DNA from: an uncultured Candidatus Saccharibacteria bacterium
GTDB lineage: Bacteria; Patescibacteriota; Saccharimonadia; Saccharimonadales; JACDBH01
DNA: 64,000 bases
Assembly (NCBI GenBank): GCA_965231105.1
Contig: OZ246417.1
Location: 229,013 to 293,012 of the forward strand
Direction: 5' to 3'
Under the pieces are notes generated by a model, which ran no database searches, was not told where the DNA came from, and was given only the letters and a program-made list of their open reading frames with translations. Below are positions 18,602 to 27,789 of this stretch, one piece after another (position 1 is the stretch's first letter; each line of letters opens with the position of its first letter). The position numbers were made by a program, and so were the translations under genes.

Positions 18602-18638
18602 TAAGAATTTCATTGAGAGAATTAGCTCTATAATTCTC

Positions 18639-19532
18639 ATGCTTGCACTCACTTGCACTTCATGCCAGAATATTTCGATGAATAATACAGGTCCAGAACT
18701 CCCAAAGCCCATTTCACCCGTAGAACTGGCTGAAAACAACCTTAATTTAGCACGTCAACTTGATGCCGTGCATCCTTTAGGGGCAACGATTCTGAGTGCT
18801 TTTGAGCACGATGTCATTGCTGCTCAATTAGATCTGGAAACAGATGAGCCTGTTACCGAAGTATCAGAACCCTCCGGACTTAATGAGCTATTAGCTGCTG
18901 ATGATTTGGAGCTTCTAAAGCAAGGACTAGAAACGCGGGCAAAACACTCGCTTTCTCTACTAGGTAATCTTGGGGATAGTGATCCATATCACAAAGATGA
19001 TCGTATACGAGGCAGAGTTTACGATAAGAACGGTGCCTCAGCAAAACAATTATTTGGGAGTACGTTACTTGTGCGTCGCAGGTCAACTACGAAAGGGTTC
19101 GCTGAAGAGTATGGCCGTGTAGTATTTGTGGGCGGGCTTACTAAGACCTACCCAAACAATGTACACCGCTCAGTTCCGCCAAATCCAAGTGTATTCACGC
19201 TGAGCCTCAGGCCATTTCAGATTAATGATGAAGTTTGGACATGGGGCAATATTACGGGGCAGGATGATGTAGAAAGTTTGGGACAGTTACCAAATTGCTA
19301 CTTCAATGAAGCAGGCTACTACGGGGTATATGAACATTCTTACGGACACGCGAGAGCATATGCGTTTGACCTTGGAACACCGTTGTTTAAAATGCCAGAG
19401 TCGCAGAGACTTACGGATATAGAGGTCACTCAGCCTATCTCAAAGATAGATCATCTTGTTAAGAATGCAGTAGAAGCACATAAGATTGAAGCAAGAATTC
19501 GTGAACTTCAGCGTGCAGCTCCTGTAAATTAA
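18639..19532 (+). CDS. Hypothetical protein
   Basis: A 297-aa ORF. The true start may be the internal Met (MNNTGPELP). Confidence 0.5.
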   Translation: MLALTCTSCQNISMNNTGPELPKPISPVELAENNLNLARQLDAVHPLGATILSAFEHDVIAAQLDLETDEPVTEVSEPSGLNELLAADDLELLKQGLETRAKHSLSLLGNLGDSDPYHKDDRIRGRVYDKNGASAKQLFGSTLLVRRRSTTKGFAEEYGRVVFVGGLTKTYPNNVHRSVPPNPSVFTLSLRPFQINDEVWTWGNITGQDDVESLGQLPNCYFNEAGYYGVYEHSYGHARAYAFDLGTPLFKMPESQRLTDIEVTQPISKIDHLVKNAVEAHKIEARIRELQRAAPVN

Positions 19533-19589
19533 CCGTAGAACTTCCCTTCTGCAGCTTTCTATATAGCTAAAATCACTACAATGTATGTA

Positions 19590-19620
19590 TTGACGCCTAT
19601 GCTTATAGCGGGTGTATACT
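19590..19620 (+). promoter_or_regulatory. Candidate promoter (TTGACG, 19 nt, TG-n-TATACT) for the paralog operon
   Basis: A -35-like hexamer and an extended -10 are read directly from the sequence. The spacer is slightly long. Confidence 0.3.
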
Positions 19621-19793
19621 AAGAATGGTCATGTGAGGGCCGGCTTTTTGCCCTCCTCCTTGCAGGCCTACATCAAGCGATGTATGTGCTCCCGTCCTCC
19701 GGGACATGAAGGGTTCCTACATACAAGCTTCCAAATGTTTTGGTCGTTTTGTTTAAAACGGCAACTTCTTATTCATCAATAAGTTAGTTTCAT

Positions 19794-20117
19794 TTGGAGG
19801 TTTATATGTGGGAAAAGCAAGTTTCAACCGTTGACGTTCTCTTCTCTTTTAACGGCAAAGATCAATACGCACGACCAGTTCTCTTAACGTGGAATGATGA
19901 GGACTTTGCGCTTGGTGGCGTGCAGTTCTGGTATGCGGAACACAAGAAAGGTGCGCTCGTACATCACTACACAGTGGGCGATAAAGAAGGTCGCTTTACC
20001 TTCTATCTAGCACTTGAAACCGAGAACTTAACCTGGCGACTGGAAAAGGCCGTTTCAACCGATGGCTCTAAGCTCAAGTTGCAGTTAAACCGCAGCTTGG
20101 TGGGAGCACTATCATGA
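19794..20117 (+). CDS. Hypothetical W-rich protein, paralog 1 of a tandem pair
   Basis: The 107 aa share a spaced motif with the next gene (P..L.WN..D..LG...FW.....G..V.HH.....G...F.LA.....L.W.LE). A GGAGG RBS lies upstream. Confidence 0.6.
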   Translation: MEVYMWEKQVSTVDVLFSFNGKDQYARPVLLTWNDEDFALGGVQFWYAEHKKGALVHHYTVGDKEGRFTFYLALETENLTWRLEKAVSTDGSKLKLQLNRSLVGALS

Positions 20118-20407
20118 GAGAAAGTTTAGACGAACCAGTATCAGTGGTGTGGTATTACAATGCCAAACTTCGCCATATGCAGCCCCATATCGTGAGCTGG
20201 AATGGACAGGATTATCGCTTAGGCAAAATCGACTTTTGGCACAAGACCAAGGTTGGCGATACGGTGATTCATCACTTTTCTATCGCTGACCTTGCGGGCC
20301 AGGTGTACTTTAAGCTCGCCTTTGATACAAGCAATCTACAGTGGACCCTTGAAGAGTATATGACCGCTCAGGATATGGTTATGGAATATCGGAGGGTGAG
20401 CGTATGA
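20114..20407 (+). CDS. Hypothetical W-rich protein, paralog 2
   Basis: The 97-aa product is clearly homologous to the preceding gene. Its start overlaps that gene's stop (ATGA). Confidence 0.6.
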   Translation: MRESLDEPVSVVWYYNAKLRHMQPHIVSWNGQDYRLGKIDFWHKTKVGDTVIHHFSIADLAGQVYFKLAFDTSNLQWTLEEYMTAQDMVMEYRRVSV

Positions 20408-20634
20408 AGCAACTTCTGGCAGATTACTTTAATAGGAGAAAAATTATGAAAGATCGAAAGAAACGAAAACAACGAGAAGAAGTAAGGAGAATATTAAAAG
20501 CCATTCGAGACGAGCTTGCGGCCCATCGACTGCAATACGAAGATTTGCCTGAAAAGCAGCCTCCTGTAGCTATTGGCGAAGTTATTGCTAAAGCGCGGGC
20601 TCAGGCACGAGGTTCTTCGGCCGGACGAGTATGA
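20404..20634 (+). CDS. Small basic (Lys/Arg-rich) protein, translationally coupled
   Basis: A 76-aa ORF with an ATGA overlap to paralog 2 and a highly basic helix-like N-terminus. Confidence 0.45.
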   Translation: MKQLLADYFNRRKIMKDRKKRKQREEVRRILKAIRDELAAHRLQYEDLPEKQPPVAIGEVIAKARAQARGSSAGRV

Positions 20635-21062
20635 TCAAGCAGCTTATGATATACAGACAGAGTGCCGGGTCCCAGCTTGTGATATTTCCGTTTTTCATCT
20701 TTTCTCTTAATTATATCCGCCACCACCTCTCGAGGGATAAGTACCTGGCCACTATCATCGTAGGACAGCTGGTCCGTCCAATCCGCTGTCCTACGAGCCA
20801 GATTAAAGGCTTGGGTGATGGTTATCTTTTGTTGTCGAGTTGCCATTTCTGGATCTTCCAGCAGCCTATCGAAGTCTGCTCGACGAAATCCTTGGGGGTG
20901 ATGCTCCCAGGTCTCGTTGCTGGTTAAGATAGGAGGTTGCGATACGGTAACGCGAAGATCGTAGGTTACCGCTAGTTCTCCCAGTACTTTTTGTACTACA
21001 TCGCGAGTAGCGGGATCGTGCAAGCTTTCGCCGCTGACAACAAATCGTACGACCTCATTCAT
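20601..21062 (-). CDS. Hypothetical protein
   Basis: A 153-aa ORF convergent with the paralog operon and divergent from dinB. Confidence 0.5.
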   Translation of the reverse strand: MNEVVRFVVSGESLHDPATRDVVQKVLGELAVTYDLRVTVSQPPILTSNETWEHHPQGFRRADFDRLLEDPEMATRQQKITITQAFNLARRTADWTDQLSYDDSGQVLIPREVVADIIKRKDEKRKYHKLGPGTLSVYHKLLDHTRPAEEPRA

Positions 21063-21088
21063 AAAAGTTAATTTATACCATCATACGT

Positions 21089-22441
21089 ATGAGAAGTACA
21101 GAATTACCCTTTAACACTGCCATGCCTCAGGTCATGCACATTGACCTTAACTCCTGTTTTGCCATTATCGAACAGCAAAGTAATCGGCTATTGAGAGGCA
21201 AGCCGGTAGGGGTGGCTGCATATGATACACCACGAGGCTTTGTCTTGGCGGCTAGTTATGAAGCAAAGCGTAAGGGTGTAAAACTCGGAGTTAATGTACG
21301 AGAAGCTCGCGAGATGTGCCCGGGCATTATTATTACCACTCCTGACCCATCAAAATATCGAGAAGCTCATAGCCGCTTTAAAGAGTTAATGCTGGAATAT
21401 ACCAGTGATGTTGCGCCTAAATCGATCGATGAGTTTGTTTTGCATCTTGCCCATTCTCCTAGTATTCGCAATGGTCTTACCATGGAAGAGATCGGGTTGG
21501 ATATTAAACAAAAGGTTCAGGAACGCTTAGGCGAAGCGGTAACCGTTAACATTGGGATTGCTCCGAACCGTTTCCTGGCTAAGTTTGCAGCTGGTTTTGA
21601 TAAGCCGGATGGCATGCGTCGGATTGATCATATGAATCTTGAGCAGACCTATAAAGGAATGGACCTTGTTGATTTACCGGGCATTAATGTACGTTATCGA
21701 CGACGCTTGCAGATGTACGGCATTATGACCCCACTTGATTTTCTTCATGCGGAGCGAAGAGTGCTTGAGAAAGTGGTGTTTCAAAGTATCGTGGGCTACT
21801 ACTGGTATCTGCGGCTTCGGGGCTACGAAGTCGATAAATACGAGAGTAAGCGGACGCAGATCGGCCATCAGTATGCGTTACCACATAAAACCTGGGATCG
21901 GGATGAGTTAGCTCGCCTACTTCTCAAGCTTTGCGAAAAAGTAGGGAGACGACTTCGTAAAGCGGGCGTTACAGCCGGAGGCATCCATCTATACCTAAGT
22001 TTTATAAATTACCAGGAAGCAGGCCTTCGAGATAACGGGTTTATTGGTGGGGAAAACCTTGCTTCAAGACGAGCCTGGCATCACGGCGAAAAGGTTGGGT
22101 ATAGGCTCTATTCCACCGAAGGCGTGTATCGGGCGGCCAAGAGTTTACTCCAGCGAGCAGAACTCTATAACAAGGTACGCGGTATGAGCATCACTACCTT
22201 TAACTTAGAGCCGGTTGACCCGGAACAACTCAGCCTCTTTGATACGATTGAATCAACCGACCTGCGATCAGAAGACTGGGCCAAGGATATGAAGTCTTTT
22301 CGAACTCAACGACGTATTAGTGATGCTCTAGATCTTATTAATAACCGCTACGGAGAATTTATAGTAACTCCCGCCACCATGATGGACATGCAGGGTGAAA
22401 TTTTAGATCGAGTAGCGTTTGGGAATGTACGAGATGTTTAG
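21089..22441 (+). CDS. dinB: Y-family DNA polymerase (DinB/Pol IV-like)
   Basis: The 450 aa start with HIDLNSCFAIIEQ, the Y-family catalytic motif, and carry the palm/fingers/little-finger arrangement. Confidence 0.8.
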   Translation: MRSTELPFNTAMPQVMHIDLNSCFAIIEQQSNRLLRGKPVGVAAYDTPRGFVLAASYEAKRKGVKLGVNVREAREMCPGIIITTPDPSKYREAHSRFKELMLEYTSDVAPKSIDEFVLHLAHSPSIRNGLTMEEIGLDIKQKVQERLGEAVTVNIGIAPNRFLAKFAAGFDKPDGMRRIDHMNLEQTYKGMDLVDLPGINVRYRRRLQMYGIMTPLDFLHAERRVLEKVVFQSIVGYYWYLRLRGYEVDKYESKRTQIGHQYALPHKTWDRDELARLLLKLCEKVGRRLRKAGVTAGGIHLYLSFINYQEAGLRDNGFIGGENLASRRAWHHGEKVGYRLYSTEGVYRAAKSLLQRAELYNKVRGMSITTFNLEPVDPEQLSLFDTIESTDLRSEDWAKDMKSFRTQRRISDALDLINNRYGEFIVTPATMMDMQGEILDRVAFGNVRDV

Positions 22442-22860
22442 TGTTTTTGCCACACAAACTTAAGCCCACTCCATACTTCGGTAATAGCGGCCACTTTTAT
22501 GTCTACCAGATTGAGTGGCAAAAGAATGTCTCGCAAAGTCTGTTCGGTAATGTCGGTTTTAACCTTACTCGCCTTTTTCGGCCAGCTAACCCATAAAGTA
22601 CCATTAAGCTCAAGGTACTGCTGGAATTTAACCGTATCTTTTTCAAGAGCTTTCGCTTCTGTGTAAAAGCAATGCATAAAATCGACGGGTCGATTAAGTT
22701 TCTTAGCTTTAAATATACCTGCCGGCAGGTCACCTAAGACCGTAAAGTATTCCTTGGGTGCATCTTGAAAATATGCCATTTGGCCGGCTTTAAGACCGAG
22801 TTTTTCTGAGAGTGGCTTACCTGAATAGCCTGCCATATAAACGTAGTATACTACTGTCAT
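22438..22860 (-). CDS. Hypothetical protein (DUF-like, about 140 aa)
   Basis: A clean ORF whose annotated ATG overlaps the pgl ATG in a CATG palindrome. The real start may be the internal Met at about 22833. Confidence 0.45.
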   Translation of the reverse strand: MTVVYYVYMAGYSGKPLSEKLGLKAGQMAYFQDAPKEYFTVLGDLPAGIFKAKKLNRPVDFMHCFYTEAKALEKDTVKFQQYLELNGTLWVSWPKKASKVKTDITEQTLRDILLPLNLVDIKVAAITEVWSGLKFVWQKH

Positions 22861-23530
22861 GAAGTTTATTCGTACGGAGGGTACTGCCGAGCTTGAGGCG
22901 GCTTTGGTAAAAAAGCTGAATGAGGCTTTGGCGACAGGTAAAAAAGTCTTATGGCTCGTGCCCGGAGGTTCTAATATTCCGGCTGCTGCCCGGATAATGT
23001 CTGCTCTTCAATTATCGGACCCTACGAAACTAACTATAACTATGACCGATGAGCGTTATGGTGACATCGGGCATAAGGATTCTAACCAGGTACAATTAAA
23101 AGAAGCCGGTTTTGATACCAAAGGCGCCACATTCATACCCTATCTCAGTGGAGTATCGCTTAACGAAACCGTTCGACATATAGACGGGCTACTAAAAGAG
23201 GCTTTTTCTCAGGCAGAAATTATTATTGGATTCTTCGGTATGGGTGCCGACGGGCATATAGCAGGCATATTACCTCACTCCTTGCCCGCTGAGGATAAAG
23301 AGGTATGGGTGGTTGGCTATGATGCACCGAACTTTCAACGCATTACACTTACCCCATTTGCTCTGTCTCATCTTCACAGTGCATTCGTGGGAGCATTTGG
23401 GGGTGAAAAGTTAGCAACACTCGCCACGTTAAAAAACGGAGATTTACCCATTGTTGAACAGCCTGCCCAGCTTATTAAGAAATTACCTGAAGTATATGTA
23501 TTTAATGACCAAATAGGAGACACTATATGA
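22859..23530 (+). CDS. pgl: 6-phosphogluconolactonase
   Basis: The 223 aa match the NagB/Pgl family. It lies directly upstream of gnd and zwf. Confidence 0.75.
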   Translation: MKFIRTEGTAELEAALVKKLNEALATGKKVLWLVPGGSNIPAAARIMSALQLSDPTKLTITMTDERYGDIGHKDSNQVQLKEAGFDTKGATFIPYLSGVSLNETVRHIDGLLKEAFSQAEIIIGFFGMGADGHIAGILPHSLPAEDKEVWVVGYDAPNFQRITLTPFALSHLHSAFVGAFGGEKLATLATLKNGDLPIVEQPAQLIKKLPEVYVFNDQIGDTI

Positions 23531-24495
23531 AAATAGCGATTGCAGGTCTCGGGCGTATGGGGATGCAAATTGCTCGCAAGCTCAGTGAAAACGGTCATGA
23601 GGTAATTGCTCATAACCGTAGTCGCGAACCGATTGAAGAAGCCGTTACCTATGGTGCGACTGCTGCCTATGAAAAGCCTGACGTGATAGAGGCTTTTAAT
23701 AACGAGCCGTTAGTATTATGGATTATGGTGCCGGCCGATGTGATTGATGCGCAACTTGATGAATGGCTTACCATCATTCCTGAGGGAAGCATTATTATCG
23801 ATGGCGGCAACTCGGATTATCGTCTGACCGCCAAACGTGCAGAAAAAGTCAAAGCAGCGGGTTCAACCCTACTCGATAGTGGTACAAGCGGTGGTGTCTG
23901 GGGCTATCAAAATGGTTTCTCTATGATGGTTGGCGGCGATGAGACGGCCTTTACAGCGGTAGAATCTATTTTTAAAACCCTTGCTGCTCCGGAAGGTGCC
24001 TACAACCGTTTCGGCCCCAGCGGTGCTGGACAGTTCGTAAAGATGGTCCATAACGCTATTGAATACGGCATGATGGAGTCCTTAGCAGAGGGCTACAGAA
24101 TGTTAAAAGAAGGACCCTATAAGGATATAGACTTGGCGGCTGCTGGAGATGTCTGGCAACATCATAGTGTGGTAACTTCCTGGCTGAATGAGTTATGTCG
24201 TGATGCTTTGCGTGAAAATCCTGAGCTAGAAGGAAATGATGGTGTGGTGGCCGAAAGTGGCGAAGCGCGCTGGACACTAGAAATCGCTCGAGAGCGTAAT
24301 ATTCCTATGCAGTCTATCCAGGCTGCCTTTGATGTCCGTATTGCGAGTCAGAATGGGCAGACCAACTTTGCAACAAAGCTACTTGCAGCGATGCGTAATA
24401 AATTTGGCGGCCATGCCATTAATGTCGAGGAAATTAAAGCTCAAGGCCAGGTTCTCAATACCGCGGCAGAAAGCGACCCAAGCGCTAACACATGA
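23527..24495 (+). CDS. gnd: 6-phosphogluconate dehydrogenase (decarboxylating), short form
   Basis: The 322 aa have an N-terminal Rossmann motif IAIAGLGRMGMQIA and the 6PGDH C-domain. There is a 4-nt overlap with pgl. Confidence 0.85.
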   Translation: MKIAIAGLGRMGMQIARKLSENGHEVIAHNRSREPIEEAVTYGATAAYEKPDVIEAFNNEPLVLWIMVPADVIDAQLDEWLTIIPEGSIIIDGGNSDYRLTAKRAEKVKAAGSTLLDSGTSGGVWGYQNGFSMMVGGDETAFTAVESIFKTLAAPEGAYNRFGPSGAGQFVKMVHNAIEYGMMESLAEGYRMLKEGPYKDIDLAAAGDVWQHHSVVTSWLNELCRDALRENPELEGNDGVVAESGEARWTLEIARERNIPMQSIQAAFDVRIASQNGQTNFATKLLAAMRNKFGGHAINVEEIKAQGQVLNTAAESDPSANT

Positions 24496-25907
24496 ATGTA
24501 CAGACGCCCCAGCTTGAACCTGCGATCCTTGTTATTTTTGGTATAACCGGTGATTTGGCAAAGCGAAAGCTTTTGCCTTCCCTCTATCATTTAGTAAAAG
24601 ACGATCTTTTACATGAGCAGACAGAAATCCTCGGTGTTACGAGAGGCAATATGACGCTTAGTGAGCTTCTAGAAACAATTGAGCTCTGTGTTAACGAAGC
24701 TGACGGTATTTGTGACCCAGTTGCTGTTAAGAAGCTTCAAAAGAAACTCAGTCTTCGTAATATGGATGTTACGAAGCCGGAGGCATACGACAAGCTTTTG
24801 AAGGATCTGAACGCAATCGAAGAGAAGCACGGTGTATGTATGAATCGGTTATATTATCTTTCTATTCCACCGCTTGTTGCTGAACCGATTGTCTCCTTCT
24901 TAGGCGAGCATGGCCATAACAAAAGCTGCCAGCACAATAAAGCAGAGACTCGATTGCTTCTCGAAAAACCCTTTGGCTTTGATCTTCAGTCGGCGCAAGA
25001 GCTTGTTGAGAAAACTGCTCACTATTTTCATGAAGATCAGGTGTATCGTATCGACCACTACCTTGCAAAGGAAACGGTACAGAACATCTTAACGTTTCGT
25101 TTCAATAATCCCATCTTCCAACCTTTGTGGGACGCGAAGCATATTGAGTATATTGAGGTCTTTGCCAACGAAAAGATCGGCATAGAGGGACGAGCTAGTT
25201 TTTATGAACAAACGGGCGCGGTTCGTGATCTTATTCAGAGCCATCTTCTGCAGGTGCTTGCACTCGTTACGATGGAGCAGCCCGATGTCTTAACCAGTGA
25301 GGCAATTCATGCCAACAAAGAAGCACTCATGAAACAAATACGGGCAGTACCGGCGAATAAGGTAACTGAAAAAGTAATACGGGGACAATATGAAGGCTAT
25401 CGTAAAGAAGTAGACAATCTTACCTCTTCAGTTGAAACCTTTGCTGCTCTTCAGCTTGTTATAGATAACCCACGCTGGAAAAATATGCCCATTATTGTTC
25501 GGAGTGGTAAGGCACTGAATGAAAAAGCCAGTGAAGTAAATGTGGTATTTAAGCCGACACCGGAAACGCCGCACCATAATGTCCTCACCTTCCGAATTCA
25601 GCCTGATGAGGGTATCGAACTGGGCTTGCGAGTTAAAAAGCCAGGCTTTGAGAACGAAATGCAACACGCCGAGATGGACTTTAGTTATAAACGAACCTTC
25701 TCAGACGATAAACAGCATGATGCTTATGAGCGTGTACTGGTTGACGCATTTAAAGGAGATCATACCCTCTTTGCCACCAGCGGAGAGATACTAGAGTCTT
25801 GGAGGGTTGTGCAGCCCATTCTGGATGAATGGTCAAAAAGTAGTAGAGACCTTGTTTTCTATAAACAAAAAAGCGCCGGTCCGAAGATCAGCGCTCTCTA
25901 TCCATAG
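24492..25907 (+). CDS. zwf: Glucose-6-phosphate 1-dehydrogenase
   Basis: The 471 aa carry VIFGITGDLAKRKLLPSLYHL, RIDHYLAKE and EKP motifs. There is a 4-nt overlap with gnd. Confidence 0.9.
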   Translation: MNVQTPQLEPAILVIFGITGDLAKRKLLPSLYHLVKDDLLHEQTEILGVTRGNMTLSELLETIELCVNEADGICDPVAVKKLQKKLSLRNMDVTKPEAYDKLLKDLNAIEEKHGVCMNRLYYLSIPPLVAEPIVSFLGEHGHNKSCQHNKAETRLLLEKPFGFDLQSAQELVEKTAHYFHEDQVYRIDHYLAKETVQNILTFRFNNPIFQPLWDAKHIEYIEVFANEKIGIEGRASFYEQTGAVRDLIQSHLLQVLALVTMEQPDVLTSEAIHANKEALMKQIRAVPANKVTEKVIRGQYEGYRKEVDNLTSSVETFAALQLVIDNPRWKNMPIIVRSGKALNEKASEVNVVFKPTPETPHHNVLTFRIQPDEGIELGLRVKKPGFENEMQHAEMDFSYKRTFSDDKQHDAYERVLVDAFKGDHTLFATSGEILESWRVVQPILDEWSKSSRDLVFYKQKSAGPKISALYP

Positions 25908-25915
25908 TCTACTGG

Positions 25916-26119
25916 TTATTTCTTAGGATTAACGGTGTTACGACCCAAGTTCTTCTTGGTCTCTTCATACCATGCATGCTGGCGAGCAACTGGGTCATAC
26001 TTACGAAGACGCAGTTTTTCAGGGGTATTCATAGTATTTTTAGTTGTGTAATAAGAGCGGTGGCCAGATGCCTCGCTTACTAAACCAATAATCTTACGCT
26101 TTTCGCCTTTTTTAGCCAT
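25916..26119 (-). CDS. rpmG: 50S ribosomal protein L33 (non-zinc form, with a C-terminal extension)
   Basis: The 67-aa product has ...YYTTKNTMNTPEKLRLRKYDP..., which matches the L33 core. Confidence 0.75.
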   Translation of the reverse strand: MAKKGEKRKIIGLVSEASGHRSYYTTKNTMNTPEKLRLRKYDPVARQHAWYEETKKNLGRNTVNPKK

Positions 26120-26171
26120 AAATTTCCTTACGAAGTTCTATTTTAACAGAGAAGCTCGTGTTTGCCAACCC

Positions 26172-26435
26172 TTAATGTCCCTCGCTTGCTGCGCCTCTCG
26201 TAAAGCTTTCTGCTAGATCAATAACTCTTTTGATAGTACGCCGTTCTTGCACTTCACTCGTTATTGCGGCGGCGGTTACAATTGCGCCCACTCCTACCGC
26301 TAATGTTGCGGCAGCCGAACCTAAACTGCCTCGTTCTGCAATAGTACAGCCATATATACCGTATACCTCTACGACAGTCCCTATTATTCCGGCTGCAAGC
26401 CGAGTTTGAGTTTCTGGACTATGCTCTGAGCTGAT
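26172..26435 (-). CDS. Possible small hydrophobic protein
   Basis: The ORF is trimmed to an internal Met because the ORF-track N-terminus is a translation of tRNA-Thr. The RBS is weak. Confidence 0.3.
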   Translation of the reverse strand: MSSEHSPETQTRLAAGIIGTVVEVYGIYGCTIAERGSLGSAAATLAVGVGAIVTAAAITSEVQERRTIKRVIDLAESFTRGAASEGH

Positions 26436-26455
26436 CATAAGATAAAGATTTTTTC

Positions 26456-26530
<75 letters not shown>

Positions 26531-26647
26531 ACTGTAACGCAAACCCTATGTATTAAAAGCTGCTACAGCGTGAAATTATAGAGGTAATCTCTTATTTCGC
26601 AAAATTTTAATACATCACTGCACCGTTTAGGCTGGACCTTAGCGCAA

Positions 26648-27160
26648 TCATGAGCTTTTTATCTTGATTGCCGCCAGAATATGATCATATTCTGATTGGT
26701 TAGTCATATCTTCAGCAGCAAGCTCACTTGGCAGTTTCCATAAATATTCGCTTACTTCATCGTTAGCATCAAAATCTCGATGTTTTGTATCGGCGACCAT
26801 AACTACTGAAAGCAGCTGTCTTTCTTTCGTTCCTTTCTTGTAAAAATCTACTCTGCTGCCTGCATATGTCAGGCCCCTGTAATCAGAAGAATCCAGGCCA
26901 AGCTCTTCTTTTAATTCGCGACGGATTGCTTCTTCAAATGTTTCATCAGGGTCAACAAAACCGCCCGGTAAGTTTAGCTTACCTTTTTTAGGGTCAGCAT
27001 TTCGTCTACCAACAAGTATTTTGCCGTTTTCATCTACGAGTATAGCGTCAATTGTGGGCACGGGATTTGCGTACGAATAATTCTTGCAGCTAGTGCAATA
27101 CCATTCGAGGTTTGCTTTACGTTCTTCTAACTTACTTCCACAATCTGAGCAGAACTTCAT
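26648..27160 (-). CDS. NUDIX hydrolase with an N-terminal zinc-ribbon
   Basis: The NUDIX box reads GGFVDPDETFEEAIRRELKEELGL. The N-terminus reads CSDCGS...CTSCKN. Confidence 0.8.
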   Translation of the reverse strand: MKFCSDCGSKLEERKANLEWYCTSCKNYSYANPVPTIDAILVDENGKILVGRRNADPKKGKLNLPGGFVDPDETFEEAIRRELKEELGLDSSDYRGLTYAGSRVDFYKKGTKERQLLSVVMVADTKHRDFDANDEVSEYLWKLPSELAAEDMTNQSEYDHILAAIKIKSS

Positions 27161-27528
27161 TACTGCAAGGTGCTTTCATCTACTAGCACTGCCGGTCCTT
27201 CAATATGAGCTTGTGGGTATCCATTATGCGTACGGATACCTGCATCTTTAAAGATTGCTTTGACGCCATCATGCAAAAGGTATGAGCCAGGTTGATCTTC
27301 GATTGGAGATACCCACTCTGCCAGCGCATCCATATTACTTTTTATGGCCTCCAGCTCTTCATTGCTAGGGGGAACAGTTTCGCGGTACTGAGGTAAGATA
27401 GCGATCCAAACAACCTTTGATCCTAATTTACCGCTAGTAATCCTTGCATTGCTGTCGTCTGCTTCAAGACGCACAATATATCTTGGAACCGAATCCCAAA
27501 GTTCATAAGCAAGTCCGGTTGGTTTCAT
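27160..27528 (-). CDS. Hypothetical protein
   Basis: A 122-aa ORF whose stop overlaps the NUDIX start. Confidence 0.5.
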   Translation of the reverse strand: MKPTGLAYELWDSVPRYIVRLEADDSNARITSGKLGSKVVWIAILPQYRETVPPSNEELEAIKSNMDALAEWVSPIEDQPGSYLLHDGVKAIFKDAGIRTHNGYPQAHIEGPAVLVDESTLQ

Positions 27529-27569
27529 AAAATATTAACTCTTAGAAATATAATTAGGTATAAACAATG

Positions 27570-27655
27570 TGGTGCAGGGTGTAGGATTCGAACCTACGAA
27601 GGCGAAAGCCAACAGATTTACAGTCTGCCGTGTTTGACCGCTTCACTAACCCTGC
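27570..27655 (-). tRNA. tRNA-Tyr (anticodon GTA), type II with a long variable arm
   Basis: An 86-nt cloverleaf with acceptor GCAGGGT/ACCCTGC, anticodon loop CUGUAAA, a long variable arm, TTCGAAT and CCA. Confidence 0.85.
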
Positions 27656-27663
27656 ATATTAAA

Positions 27664-27739
27664 TGGAGCCGACAGAGGGATTCGAACCCACGACCCGCTG
27701 TTTACAAAACAGCCGCTCTGGCCACTGAGCTATGTCGGC
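27664..27739 (-). tRNA. tRNA-Thr (anticodon TGT)
   Basis: A 76-nt cloverleaf with acceptor GCCGACA/TGTCGGC, anticodon loop UUUGUAA, TTCGAAT and CCA. There is one T-stem mismatch. Confidence 0.8.
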
Positions 27740-27789
27740 GCGACGAACAGAAGTTAGTTAAATACCGATGAATTTTAGCAAATTACCCC

